NCBI RefSeq assembly: GCF_963921235.1
Contig: NC_086108.1
Span: 95,916,001-95,980,000, forward strand
Source of the DNA: Mobula hypostoma
Lineage: Eukaryota
Direction: 5' to 3'
Length of the DNA stretch: 64,000 nt
The translations under genes and the position numbers were made by a program. Below the pieces are notes generated by a model. It was not told where the DNA came from, made no database searches, and worked only from the letters and a program-made list of their open reading frames with translations. Of this stretch, positions 24,650 to 36,842 are shown in pieces (the stretch's first letter is position 1; every line of letters starts with the position of its first letter).

Positions 24650-25330
24650 ATATAAGATTGCGTCCCTTATAGATTGAGAAAGGAGAAATTATTTTCAGGT
24701 AATAAGGAAATGGCAGTGACATTAAACAAATATGTCACCTTTTTTCATTGAAGTGACAAAATTAGTGGAGGACAATCTTCAAAGAAAATGAAATTGAAAT
24801 ACGGTTTCAGAGCCACAGCAGTTGTCATCTTTAAAGATACCATAGATTCTAGAGTAGTTCCCAAGGTCTGTACTCAGATTAAAGTGAAGGACATGATGGC
24901 ACTGGGGAGGGTGCAGAGCAGAGTTACCAGGGTGATGCCTGGATGTAGCATTACGAGAAGGCTAGGTTGGTTTTCATCGGTGTGGCCGAGGCTGAGGACT
25001 GACTTGATAGACTGAAAGTCACAGATAGGATCCGTGCCTTTCCTCAAGGAGGTACCCAAGATAGAAATCTCTCCTCAATGAAGTATCCAAGATGAAAAGG
25101 GATTGGTTTCCAGCAAGGGATTTATCTGGTGAATCCGCAGAAGAACGTTATCACCCCAAGGTCAGTTGCAATCTGGAATGCACTGTTCAAATGGGTAGTG
25201 GAGGCAGGTACACTCAACATTTTTGTATGTAGGTGAGCACATGATTTTCCAAGGCACAGGAAGTTACACACCAAGTGCTGGTAAATGAAATGGTCAGGAT
25301 GCACATGGTGGACTGAAGGGTGTGATGTGA
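24650..25330 (+). mobile_element. Old fragmented CR1 remnants
   Basis: ALGRVQSRVTRVMPG...RLGWFS..RLRTDLI peptide in ORF 24788..25015. Confidence 0.6.
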
Positions 25331-25420
25331 AGATTATTCTAATCCATTTAACAGGACTATTCCTCACGGTATAAGGTGGCTACTTTGATCAAATTCTAAT
25401 CCATTCACTTTGTACATTAC

Positions 25421-25641
25421 CTTTGTTGCTCTATCACCTTATTCCTTTTTCCACTCTCAGTTTGCTCAAGGTGGAGTCTTTTGATTTCTGCCTGAGCTTT
25501 TAAAGCTTTTTCACGTTCTTCCTTCTCAAGTGCCACTTTCCGGAACAACTTGAAGCTTTCACTGGACGATTTTATCGCTGATGTAGGTGTCACTATTTTG
25601 CCCAGACTTGTCCAGGAATTGACATTCTTGACCTCAATTTC
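25421..25641 (-). CDS. BRDT: BET-family gene, internal coding exon
   Basis: Acceptor aattag|GAA. Encodes [60 protein letters not shown]...EQQ, then AG|gtaatg (221 nt). Similar to BRDT DIKIKNADSWKSLGK...KSSDELFNQFRKAAIEKE. Missing from the ORF track. Confidence 0.9.
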
Positions 25642-25999
25642 CTAATTTATTGAAGTAAAATATTTTGTGAAAATGAATGGCATAAAATATAGCAAATATT
25701 TTCAATATGCTAATTAATCATTTAATATTCCAAGAGTGGTCAGCACATCTAATCTTGCAGCAAAACCAAGAAGTTCTAGATTTAACTTTGAGTTTGCAAG
25801 TCAATGTAAAATGGGAACTTCAGAGAGATCATGAGGAATTTGCACATGGTAGGATGAATGGTTTACAAAGTCCAAAAGGAGTTACATCCATTAAATACTC
25901 AAAATCAATGGGAATTGTATTAATTTGTAGAGCAGAATGACTAACAACTAGTTTTCAAAAGTCATAACTATATATTTGAAAGAAAAAAAAAACAGGCAC

Positions 26000-28900
26000 T
26001 TAGACCATAATACCATAAGACATAGGAGCAGAATTAGGCCGTTCAGCCCATTGAGTCTGCTGCCCAATTCTATCATGGCTGATCCCAGATCCCACTCAAC
26101 CCCATACATCTGCATTCTCACCATATCCTTTGATGTGCTGACCAATCAGGATCCTGTCAACTTCCACCTTAAATATACCCATTGACTTGGCCTCCACTGC
26201 AGTCTGAGGCAAAGCATTCCACAGATCTACTTCTGAGTTAAAAAAAAATCCCCCTTACCTCTATTCTAAAAGGTTGCCCCTCAATGTTGAGGTTGTGCCC
26301 TCTAGTTCTGGATACCCCCACCATAGGAAACATACTTTCCACATCCACCCTATTTAGTCCTTTCAACATTCGGTACGTTCCAATGAAATTTCCCTGCATT
26401 CTTCTAAATTCCAGTGAGTACAGGCCCAAAGCTGCCAACATTTCTCATATGTTGAGCTCTTCATTCCTGGAACCATCCTCATGAACCTCCTCTGAACATT
26501 CTCCAATGACAACACATCGTTTCTGAGATATGGGGTTCAAAACTGTTGACAATACTCCAAATGCAGCCTGACTGGTGTCTTATAAAAGGCTCAGCATTAT
26601 TCCCTTGAAATAAATACCAACATTGCATTTGCCTTCTTTACCACAGACTCAGCCTGTAAATTAACCTTCTGAGAGTCTTGCACAAGGATTCCCAAGACCC
26701 TCTGCACTTCTTTTGTTTGAACTTTCTCCCCATTTAGATAATAGCCCGCACTATTGTTCCTTTTCCCAAAATGTATCATACATTTCTCAACACTGTATTC
26801 CAATTTCCACGTTTTTGCCCATTCTTCCAATTTGTCTCAAGTCCTGCTGCAATCACAATGCTTCCTCAGTACTACCTACCCCTCCACCTATCTTCATATC
26901 ATCCACAAACTTTGCCACAAAGCCAATTTCATCATTCAAATCATTGACAATGAGAAAAGTAACAGACCCAATATTGACCCCCGAGGAAAATCATTAGTCA
27001 CTGGCAGCCAACCAGAAAAGGCCCCCCTTTATTCCCACTTGCTGCCTCCTGCCTGTCAGCCATTCCTCTATCCATGCTAGTATATTTCCTGTAATACTAC
27101 AGAAATTTATCTTACATAGAAACATAGAAAATAGGTGCAGGAGTAGGCCATTCGGCCCTTTGAGTCTGCATTCAGTATGATCATGGCTGATCATCCAACT
27201 CAGAACCCTGTACCTGCCTTCTCTCCATACCCCGTGATCCCTTTAGCCACAAGGGCCATATCTAATTCCCCCTTAAATGTAGCCAATGAACTGGCCTCAA
27301 CTGTTCCCTGTGGCAGAGAATTCCACAGATTCACCACTCTGTGTGAAGAACCCAAAAGGCTTCCACTTTATCCTCAAACTGTGACCCTTTGCTCTGGACT
27401 TCCCCAACAACGGGAACAATCTTCCTGCATCTAGCCTGTCCAATCCCTTTAGAATTTTATACATTTCAATCAGATCCCCCCTCAATCTTCTAAATTCCAG
27501 AGAGTATAAGCCTAGTCGATCCACTCTTTCTTCATATGAAAGTCCTGCCATCCCAGGACTCAATCTGGTGAACCTTCTTTGTACTCCCTCTATGGCAAGA
27601 ATGTCTTTCCTCAGATTAGGGGACCAAAACTGCACACAATATTCCAGGTGTGGTCTCACCAAGGCCTTGTACAACTGCAGTAGTACCTCCCTGCTCCTGT
27701 ACTCGAATCCTCTTGCTATGAATGCCGGCATACCATTCGCCTTTTTCACCGCCTGCTGTACCTGCATGCCCACTTTCAATGACTGGTGTGCAATGACACC
27801 CAGGTCTCGTTGCACCTCCCCTTTCCCTAATCGGCCACCATTCAGATAATAATGTTTTCCTGTTCTTGCCATCAAAGTGGATAACCTTACATTTATCCAC
27901 ATTAAATTGCATCTGCCATGAATTTGCCCACTCACCTAACCTATCCAAGTCACCCTGCATCCTCTTAGCATCCTCCTCACAGCTAACACTGCCACCCAGC
28001 TTCTTGTTACTCGCAAACTTGGAGATGCTGCATTTAATTCCCTCATCTAAGTCATTAATAGATACTGTAAACAACTGGGGTCCCAGCACTGAGCCTTGCG
28101 GTACCCCACTAGTCACTGCCTGCCATTCTGAAAAGGTCCCATTTATTCCCACTCTTTGCTTCCTGTCTGCCAACCAATTCTCTATCCACATCAATACCAT
28201 ACCTCCAATACCGTGTGCTTTAAGTTAGCACACTAATCTCCTGTGTGGGACCTTGTCAAAAGCCTTTTGAAAATCCAAATATACCACATACACTGGTTCT
28301 CCCCTATCCACTCTACTGGTTACATCCTCAAAAAATTATATGAGATTTGTCAGACATGATTTTCGTTTCACAAATCCATGCTGACTTTGTTCGATGATTT
28401 CACCGCTTTCCAAATGTGCTGTTATCACATCTTTGATAACTGACTCCAGCATTTTCCCCACCACCGATGTTAGGCTAACCGGTCAATAATTTCCCAGTTT
28501 CTCTCTCCCTCCTTTTTTTAAAAAGCGGGGTTACATTAGCCACCCTCTAATCCTCAGGAACTAATCCAGAATCTAAAGTTTTGAAAAATTATCACTAATG
28601 CATCCACTATTTCTTGGGCTACTTCCTTAAGCGCTCTGGGATGCAGACCATCTGGCCCTGGGGACTTATCTGCCTTTAATCCCTTCAATTTACCTAACAC
28701 CACTTCCCTACTAACATGTATTTCCCTCAGTTCCTCCATCTCACTAGACCCTCGGTCCCCTACTATTTCCGGAAGATTATTTATGTCCTCTTCAGTGAAG
28801 ACAGAACCAACGTAGTTATTCAATTGGTCTGCCATGTCCTTGCTCCCCATGATCAATTCACCTTTTTCTGACTGTAAGAGACCTACATTTGTCTTAACCA

Positions 28901-31900
28901 ATCTTTTTCTTTTCACATATCTATAAAAGCTTTTATAGTCAGTTTTTATGTTCCCTGCCAGCTTTCTCTCATAATCTTTTTTCCCTTTCCTAATTAAGCC
29001 CTTTGTCCTCCTCTGCTGGACTCTGAATTTCTCCCAGTCCTCAGGTGTGCCGCTTTTTCTGGCTAATTTGTATGTTTCTTCTTTGGAATTGATACTATCC
29101 CTAATTTCCCTTGTCAGCCATGGGTGCACTACCTTCCCTGGTTTACTCTTTTGCCAAACTGAGATGAACAATTGTTGTAGTTCATCCATGCGATCTTTAA
29201 ATGTTTGTCATTGCATATCCACCGTCAATCCTTTAAGTATCATTTGCCAGTCTATCTTAGCTAATTCACGTCTCATATCTTCAAAGTTACCCTTCTTTAA
29301 GTTCAGAACCTTTGTTTCTGAATTAACTATGTCACTCTCCATCTTAATGAAGAATTCCACCATATTATGGTCACTCTTACCTAAGGGGCCTCGCACGACA
29401 AGATTGCTAATTAACCCTTCCTCATTGCTCAATACCCAGTCCAGAATGGCCTGCTCCCTAGTTGGTTCCTCGACATGTTGGTTCACAAAACCATCCCGCA
29501 TACATTCCAAGAAATCCTCATCCTCAGCACCCTTACCAATTTGGTTCACCCAATCTATATGTAGATTGAAGTCACCCATTATAACTGCTGTTCCTTTATT
29601 GCACGCATTTCTAATTTTCTGTTTAATGCCATCCCCAATCTCACTACTACTGTTAGGTGGCCTATACACAACTCCCACCAGCGTTTTCTGCCTCTTCGTG
29701 TTATGCAGCTCTACCCATATTGATTCCACATCCTCTCGGCTAATGTCCTTCCTTTCTATTGCGTTAATCTCCTCTCTAACCAGCAATGCCACCCCACCTC
29801 CTTTTCTCTCATGTCTATCCCTCCTGAATATTGAATATCCCTGAATGTTGAGCTCCCATCCTTGGTCACCCTGGAGCCATGTCTCTATGATCCCAACTAT
29901 ATCATATTCATTAATAACTATCTGCACATTCAATTCATCCACCTTTTTACAAATGCTCCTTGCATTGACACACAAAGCCTTCAGGCTTGTTTTTACAACA
30001 CTCTTAGTCCTTATATAATTATGTTGAAAAGTAGCCCTTTTTGATGCTTGCCTTGGATTTGCCGGCCTGCCACTTTTACTTTTCACCTTACTACTTTTTG
30101 CTTCTTCCCTCATTTTACACCCCTCTGTCTCTCTGCACTTGTTCCCAACCCCCTGCCACATTAGTTTAAATGCTCTTGAACAAACGCTCCCCCTAGGACA
30201 TTGGTTCCAGTCCAGCCCAGGTGCACACCGTCCTGTTTGTACCGGTCCCACCTCCTCCAGAACTCGTTCCAATGCCCCAGAAATTTGAATCCCTCCCCCT
30301 TGCACCATTTTTCAAGCCATGTATTCATCTGAAATATCCTCCTATTTCTACTCTGACTAGCATGTGGCACTGGTAGTAATCCAGAGATTATTACCTTTGT
30401 GGTCCTACTTTTTAGTTTATCTCCTAACTCCCTAAATTCACCTTGTAGGATCTCATCCCGTTTTTTACCTATATCGTTGGTACCTATGTGCACCACGACC
30501 ACTGGCTGTTCACCCTCCCACTCCAGAATATCCTGCAGCCGCTCAGAGACATCCTTGACCCTTGCACCAGGGAGGCAACATACCCTCCTGGAGTCTTGTT
30601 TGTGGCCGCAGAAACGCCTATCTATTCCCCTTACAATTGAATCCCCTATCACTATAGCTCTCCCACTCCCTTTCCTTCCCTCCTGTGCCGCAGAGCCACC
30701 CACGGTGCCATGAACTCGGCTGCTGCTGCCTCCCCTGATGAGACATCTCCCCCAACAGTATATCTGTTTAGGAGGGAGATGACCTCAGGGAACTCCTGCA
30801 CTACCTGCCTACTGCTACGCTGTTCAGTGGCCACCCATTCCCTTTCTGCCTGTGTAGCCTTTACCTGCGGTGTGGCCAACTCACTGAACGTGCTATTCAC
30901 GACTTTCTCAGCATCGCGGATGCTCCAGTATGAATCCAGTCGCAGCTCCAGCCGCTCAATGCGGTCTGCCAGAAGCCACAGCTGGACACATTTCCTGCAC
31001 ACATAGTCGTCAGGGACACTGGAAGTATCCCCGATTTCCCACATGCTGCAGGAGGAATAAACCAGGGGGCCGATCTCAGCTGTCATGACCTACCCAATAC
31101 GCTACAGCCTCACTGCCTTCCTTTCTTCAAATAAAATACCGCTGCAGACCATTCTCCTTTTAAAGGAACTTATTCGGCCTTACCTCACTTGGAGTGAAGC
31201 TCGTCCTCAGCCTCTGCTCGCCGAAGCCTCTTGAGACAAAGCCTTCCTACTCTGTCTCCCTCTACTCTGTTGCCCACTACATCAAACTGCTCTCTTTTAA
31301 ATACTCCTGCTGCCTCACGGGCCGACTTACACGCACTTGCACAGTCCTGCCCCAATCAACCGCCGAGAAAAAAGGCCGACTTCCACAAACTGCTCTCTTT
31401 TAAATACTCCTGCTGTCTCATGGGCTGATCTTGTTAAGTAGTCTCATATGTGTCACCTTATCAAAAGCCTTCTGAAAATCCAAGTAAATAACATCCACTG
31501 CCTCTCCTTTGTCCACGCTGCTTGTTACTTCCTTGAAGAACTCCAACAGATTTGTCAGACTAGATTTCCCATTACAGTAACCATGCTGACTTTGACTTAT
31601 TTTCTCATTGGTCTCCAAGTACCCCAAAACATCATCCTTAATAATAGACTCCAACACTTTCCCAACACAGGGGTTAGGCTAGCTGGCCTATAATTTCCTT
31701 TCTTTCACTTTCCTTCCTTCTTTAAGAGTGGATGATATTTGCAATCTTCTAGTCCTCCGGGACGATGCCAGTGATTCTTGAAAGATCATGACCAATGCAC
31801 CTGTTATCTCTTCAGCAACCTTCCTCAGGACTCTGGAATGTAGTCTATCTGGTCCAGGTGTCTTATCCACCTTAAAAATCTTTCAGTGTGCCTTGCACTT

Positions 31901-34085
31901 TTTCCTTTGTAATAGCAATAGCTCTCACTCCTGCTCCCTGACCCTCACAGACCTCTGGCACATTGCTAGTGTCTTCCACAGTGAAGACTGATGCAAAGTA
32001 CCCAGTAAGTTCATCTGCCTTTTCTTTGTCCCTCATTACTACTTCACCAGCATCATTTTTCAGTGGTCCAATATCAACTCTCGACTCCCTTTTACTCTTC
32101 ATATAACTGAAAAAATCTTTTGGAATCCTGCTTTATATTATTGGCCCATTTGTCCTCACATTTCATCTTTTCCCTTATAGTTTTAGTTACCTTTTGTTGG
32201 ATTTTAAAAGCTTCCCAAACATCCAACTTCCCACTCACTTCTGCGACCTTATATGGCCTTTCCTTAGCTTTTATGCAGCCCTCAACTTCCTTTGTCAGTC
32301 ATGGTTGCCTACCCCTGCCATTTAAGAACAACTCCTCTGAGGGACACATCCTGCGACTTGTAAACTAATCCCAGAACCTTCAGTCATCTCTGCTCTGTCA
32401 TTGTCCCTGACAGTATCCTCCTCCAGTCCACCTGGGCATGCCTCTGTAATTCCCTTTATTCCATTGCAGTAGTGATACATATGACTTAGCTTCTCCCTAT
32501 CAAATTGCAGTATGAATTCAATTATATTATGATCACTGCCTCCTAAGGGTTCCTTTACATTAAGCTCCCTAATAAGATCTCTGGGTTATTACACATCTTT
32601 CCTGAGTAGGCTCAAGCTCAACCTGCTCTAAAAAGCCATCTTTTAGGCATTCAACAAACTCCCTCTCTTACAATCTGACACTAACCTGATTTTCCCCAAT
32701 CTCCTTGCATATTGAAGTCCCCCATTACAATTGTATCATTACCCTTATTACATGGTTTTTCCAGCTCCCTTTGCAAGCTCAACCCCACATCTTGGCTATT
32801 TGGAGGCCTATATACAATTCGCACAATGTTTTTTTTTACCCTTGCAGTTTCATAACTCCACCTACTGGTAATTCCATCTCTTACCAACAGAGCCACACCA
32901 CTGACTATGCCTTCCTGCCTGTCCTTTCGATACAAGGTATATCCTTTGATGTTAAGCTCCCAACTATAGCCTTCTTTCAGCCACAACTCAGTGATACCTA
33001 CATCATACCGACCAATTTCTAATTGCATGAGTTTGTCCCTTATTCCAAATGCTATGCACATTTAAATACAGCACCTTCAGTCCTGTATTCTTCACCCTTC
33101 TGAATTTTTCCTGAGCTACAATTTAACTCTTTGCTCTGTCCGCATTCGCACGCAATCATTGGTTTGTCCTTCCTTACATTCATGTTACATCCATTATCTA
33201 CTTGTAAACCTGCTGGCTCATCCTCAGCTCCATCATACTGGTTCCCATCCCCCTGCCATATTAGTTTAAACCACTCCCAACAACTCCAGTAAATCTGCCC
33301 ACAAAAATATTGGACCCCTCGGATTGAAGAGCAACCCCTTTTGTACAGGTCTCACCTGCCCCCGAAGAGGTCCCGATTATCCAGAAATCTGAATCCCTGC
33401 CCCTTGCTCCAATTCTTCAGCCACCCATTTATCTACCACCTCATTCTTTTCCTGTCCTCACTGTCACACAGCGCAGGCAGCCATCCTGAGATTACTCTCC
33501 TTGTGTTCCTGCTTCTCAGTTTCCTTCCTAACTCCCTGCATTCTTTTACAAGGACCTCCTTCGTTTTTTAAAAAAAATCTATGTTACTGGTACCAAATAT
33601 GTACCACGACTTCTGGCTGCTCACCCTCCCCTTTCCCGGTATTGTGGATGCATTCAGAAACATTGTGGATCCTGGCACCTGGGAGGCGTCCACAGAATCA
33701 TTTATCTGTCCCCTAACTATATAGTCCCCTATTACTGCTGCCATCCTTTTTAGTTCTCTACCCTTCTGAGCCACAGGGACAGACGTGGTGCCAGAGGCAT
33801 GGTCGCTGTTGCTTCCCCCAAGTAGGTTCCCCCTCCGGCCAACAGTAATCAAAATGGAGTACTTATTGTTGAGGGGAACGGCCACTATCTGACGTTCCCC
33901 CCTTCCCTGTCCCAGACAGTTACCCATTTATGTCTCCTGTAACCTTAGGGTGACCACTGCCCTGTAGCTCCTTGTCCATCACTGCTTCACTTTCCCTGAC
34001 AAGCTGAACGTCATCGAGCTGCAGCTCCAGTTCCCTAACACGGTCTCTAAGGAGCTGCATCTCGATGCACCTGCTGCACTTGTGT
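26000..34085 (-). mobile_element. Older near-full-length CR1, interrupted at 27114-31427 by a younger CR1
   Basis: 3' tail gaccataataccataagacatagg at 26001. RT remnants at 26238-27110 resume at 31428 (LDFQKAFDKVTH), with APE remnants at 32681-33061 and ORF1 remnants at 33300-34085. The 5'-most part may be a separate subfamily copy. Confidence 0.8.
27114..31427 (-). mobile_element. Near-full-length young CR1 LINE (5' UTR, ORF1, ORF2, tail), inactivated
   Basis: ORF1 starts at ATG 31086 with a zinc-finger-like CSMWE..YVCRKC, a coiled coil and an SGNH esterase (GDSIVRG, HIGTND, DGVHL). ORF2 has APE (29208..30308) and RT with KFADD mutated to KFASN, plus frameshifts. Flanked by atctt (27109-13, 31428-32). 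Confidence 0.95.
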
Positions 34086-34117
34086 CTGGATCGATGTTAC
34101 AGAACTGAGAGACTTAC

Positions 34118-34206
34118 CTTCTTTGGGGTAAGTAAGGGTTTGGGCTCTGACAATACTTCAAAGTTACCATTTGTTTTTGTTTCACTAGGATGGATATGCT
34201 CCATAT
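34118..34206 (-). CDS. BRDT: BET-family gene, internal coding exon
   Basis: Acceptor atttcag|AT. Encodes (N)MEHIHPSETKTNGNFEVLSEPKPLLTPKK, then donor AAG|gtaagt (89 nt, phase 1 in, 0 out). The PKK|EIEVKN junction parallels BRD4 PKK|DLKIKN. Confidence 0.78.
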
Positions 34207-34909
34207 CTGAAATATTTTAAAGTTTTATAAAGATTAGCAATATTAAAATAATAATGGGCAATTACCATAATAGTTATATTTGAACATTCATCTGAAATTT
34301 TGAAAATGGACATTACTCTTCAATGTCATTTAATACCTCATCAATCGTAGTGACTACAGATGGAAAATAATCAGTTGCAGTTTATGACGATCAACCTGTG
34401 TTGAATACAAGATAAAAAGAAATTCCTATGATGTGTGCAAGATTGGATTCAGATTGTTTTGTTTCACTCATAGGTTGGCATTATTGTCAAATTCTACTCT
34501 TACTGTTCATACCCACTCACACTTGAGGTGATAATGGTGAGAGGTGTTGGATTAAGCTGTAGAATTGTTATTTTTCTTGTAGTTTAACTTGCCTGTGCTT
34601 GCTTGTACTTTTACATATTCACCTATATACGCATAATTCTTCCGTGAATTTTTCAGGAATTATGGTAGAAGTGCTTCTGTAGTTTTCTAGAAACTTATTA
34701 GTTTATCTGTAGTAGGTGTCACAACACTTTAATCTGGCTATTTAGTTAAAACACTGGGATTTTGTTTATCTCTAGTCTGAGAATGAGGCAACCACAACTC
34801 CTTTCTTTTTTTTGTTTGTTCTTCATTCTTGTAACACTTAACAAAACAGCTGTAAGTAAGAAATTTTATACCTCATTCTCAACTTCCAAAACAGCATTGG
34901 ATCACAAAA

Positions 34910-35400
34910 TCATTCCGAATCCCATTCCTGTTCCGACATGTCAGTCCGTGGCCTCCTCTTGTGCCAAGTTGGGGCCAGAGTGGAGGAGCAACGTCTTGTA
35001 TTCCATCTGATTAGCCTCCAACCTGATGGCATGAATAACGATTTCTCCTTCTGGTGAAGAAATTTCACTCTGACCCCTGTTCCCCAATCTGACCTTTCAT
35101 TTATTCTCACCTGCCTATTACCCAAAGTTCCCCCCTCCTCCTCTTTCTCCTATTGCCTACCCTCCTCTCCTATCAGATTTTTCCTTCTCCATCCCTTGAC
35201 CTTTCCCACGTTCCTGGCTTCACCTATCACCTTCCAGCTAGCCTGTTTTCTCTACCTCCGGCTTTTTATTCTGGCATCTTCCCCCTTTCCTCTGTTCTGA
35301 AGAAGGGTCTTAGCCCGAAATGTCGATACTTACTCTTTTCCATAAATGCTGCCTGTCCTGCTGAGTTCTTCCAGCGTTGTCTGTGTGTTGCTTAGGATCC
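34910..35400 (+). mobile_element. Penelope 3' fragment with the best-preserved hammerhead-like core
   Basis: 34980-35057 encodes VEEQRLVFHLISLQPDGMNNDFSFW* (GIY-YIG C-terminus-like). A pyrimidine-rich UTR follows, with ctgaagaagggtcttagcccgaaatgtcga at 35297-35326. Confidence 0.72.
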
Positions 35401-36069
35401 AACAGTGGTTTTCTTCAAACACTGCAGCCTCCCGGCAAGGCAATACTAATGGAATAGCAATATTCTGCCTGGTTAGGATAGGACACAACGTGGATGGAAG
35501 CTTCCGGATGACAATGTACGGATGAGACTGCTGCTCTAGTTTCTCTAGGTGCTAGAGGTCACAAGGTTTGGAATGCTGTCAAACCAGTCCAGGTTATCTG
35601 TTACAGCGTGTTTTCTAGATGGTGCACACCGTAGCTGTAGTTTGTTGGTACTGAATAGAACACATTCAGATTGCAGGGTGGGATGCCAGCTTAGATGGTG
35701 CATAGTTTTTTTGACTGCAGTCGAGACTGTACTCAGCTAGGCTGTTACAATCCTCACCTAACTCTTTCCTGGCTAAGAGTGGAAATAAGTGAATCCCCAC
35801 AGAATACTAAATCTCTGAGCTTCATTAGTAACCATGGTATTTGTTTTCCTAACCCAGTAAAATTTCTGGCCAATAGCGACAACAGGACCTTGACGATATT
35901 CAGCGTTGGAAACCTGGAAGGCCTGGGATCTCACTTGTCCTCTGGGGATATTTGTTTCTGGCTGCAGAACACGAGTTCCATTCGTTTTCCTCAGATATAA
36001 TGCTGCACCTTTAACCTGGAAATAATCCTTTTATATTCATACTACATATGATAACTAGTTATTGTATCA

Positions 36070-36372
36070 CCCTTCAACCAGATTCCCGAAACAGCATGGA
36101 TAATTTCACTCACCTTAACACCAAACTGAATCTATGGACTCACTTTCAAGGACTCTACAACTCATGTTCTCAGTTTTTTAAAATATTTTAAATTATTTAT
36201 TTATTATTTATAACCTATCTATTCATTTGTATTCGCACAGTTTGTCTTCTTTTGCATATTGGTTGTTTGTCAGTCTTTGTGCGTAGTATTTCATTGATTC
36301 AATTGTATTTCTTTGTGTTACTCTGAGTACCTGCAAGAAAACGAATCTCAGGGTAGTATATGGTGACATATA
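36070..36372 (+). mobile_element. LINE 3'-UTR-type repeat (Rex-like), split by Tc1; remainder at ~46231-46260
   Basis: Matches the uninterrupted copy at ~50720-50955 (actttcaaggactctacaactca...ctgcaagaa..gaatctca.ggtagtatatggtgacata..tactttgataat..atttgcttt). Confidence 0.7.
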
Positions 36373-36842
36373 CAGTGCCTACAAAAAAGTATTCACCCCC
36401 TTGGGAGTTTTCATGCTTTATTGTTTTACAACATTGAACCACAATGGATTTAATTTGGCTTTTTTTTTAAAACACTGACTTTCCAAGACTTTCGTGTCAA
36501 AGTGAAAACAGATCTCTACAAAGTGATCTAAATTAATTACAAATATCGAAACACATAATAATTAATTGCATAAGTATTCACCACCTTTAATATGACACAT
36601 CAAATCATCACTGGTGCAGTCAATTGGTTTTAGAAGTCACATAAATAGTTAAAGGAGATCTGTGTTTGGAGACCTGTATGCAGTCAAGGTGTTTCAATTG
36701 ATTGTAGTAAAAATACACCTTCATCTGGAAGGTGCGACTGCTGGCAAGTCAGTATCCTGGCAAAAACTACATCATGAAGAGAAAGAACATTCCAGACAAC
36801 TGCACGAAAAGGTTATTAAAAAGCACAAGTCAGGAAATGGAT

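Noticed and set aside
29047..29844. Long antisense ORFs (also 8744..9295, 40824..41306, 42411..43148) as novel genes
   Set aside because: They are shadows on the opposite strand of CR1 ORF2 and recur in each CR1 copy.
30161..30703. Host SGNH/GDSL esterase gene
   Set aside because: It is the esterase domain of CR1 ORF1, frameshifted and lying between the element's 5' UTR and ORF2.
34335..34395. Possible BRDT exon with acceptor ...caacacag and donor gtatta
   Set aside because: All three frames contain stop codons.
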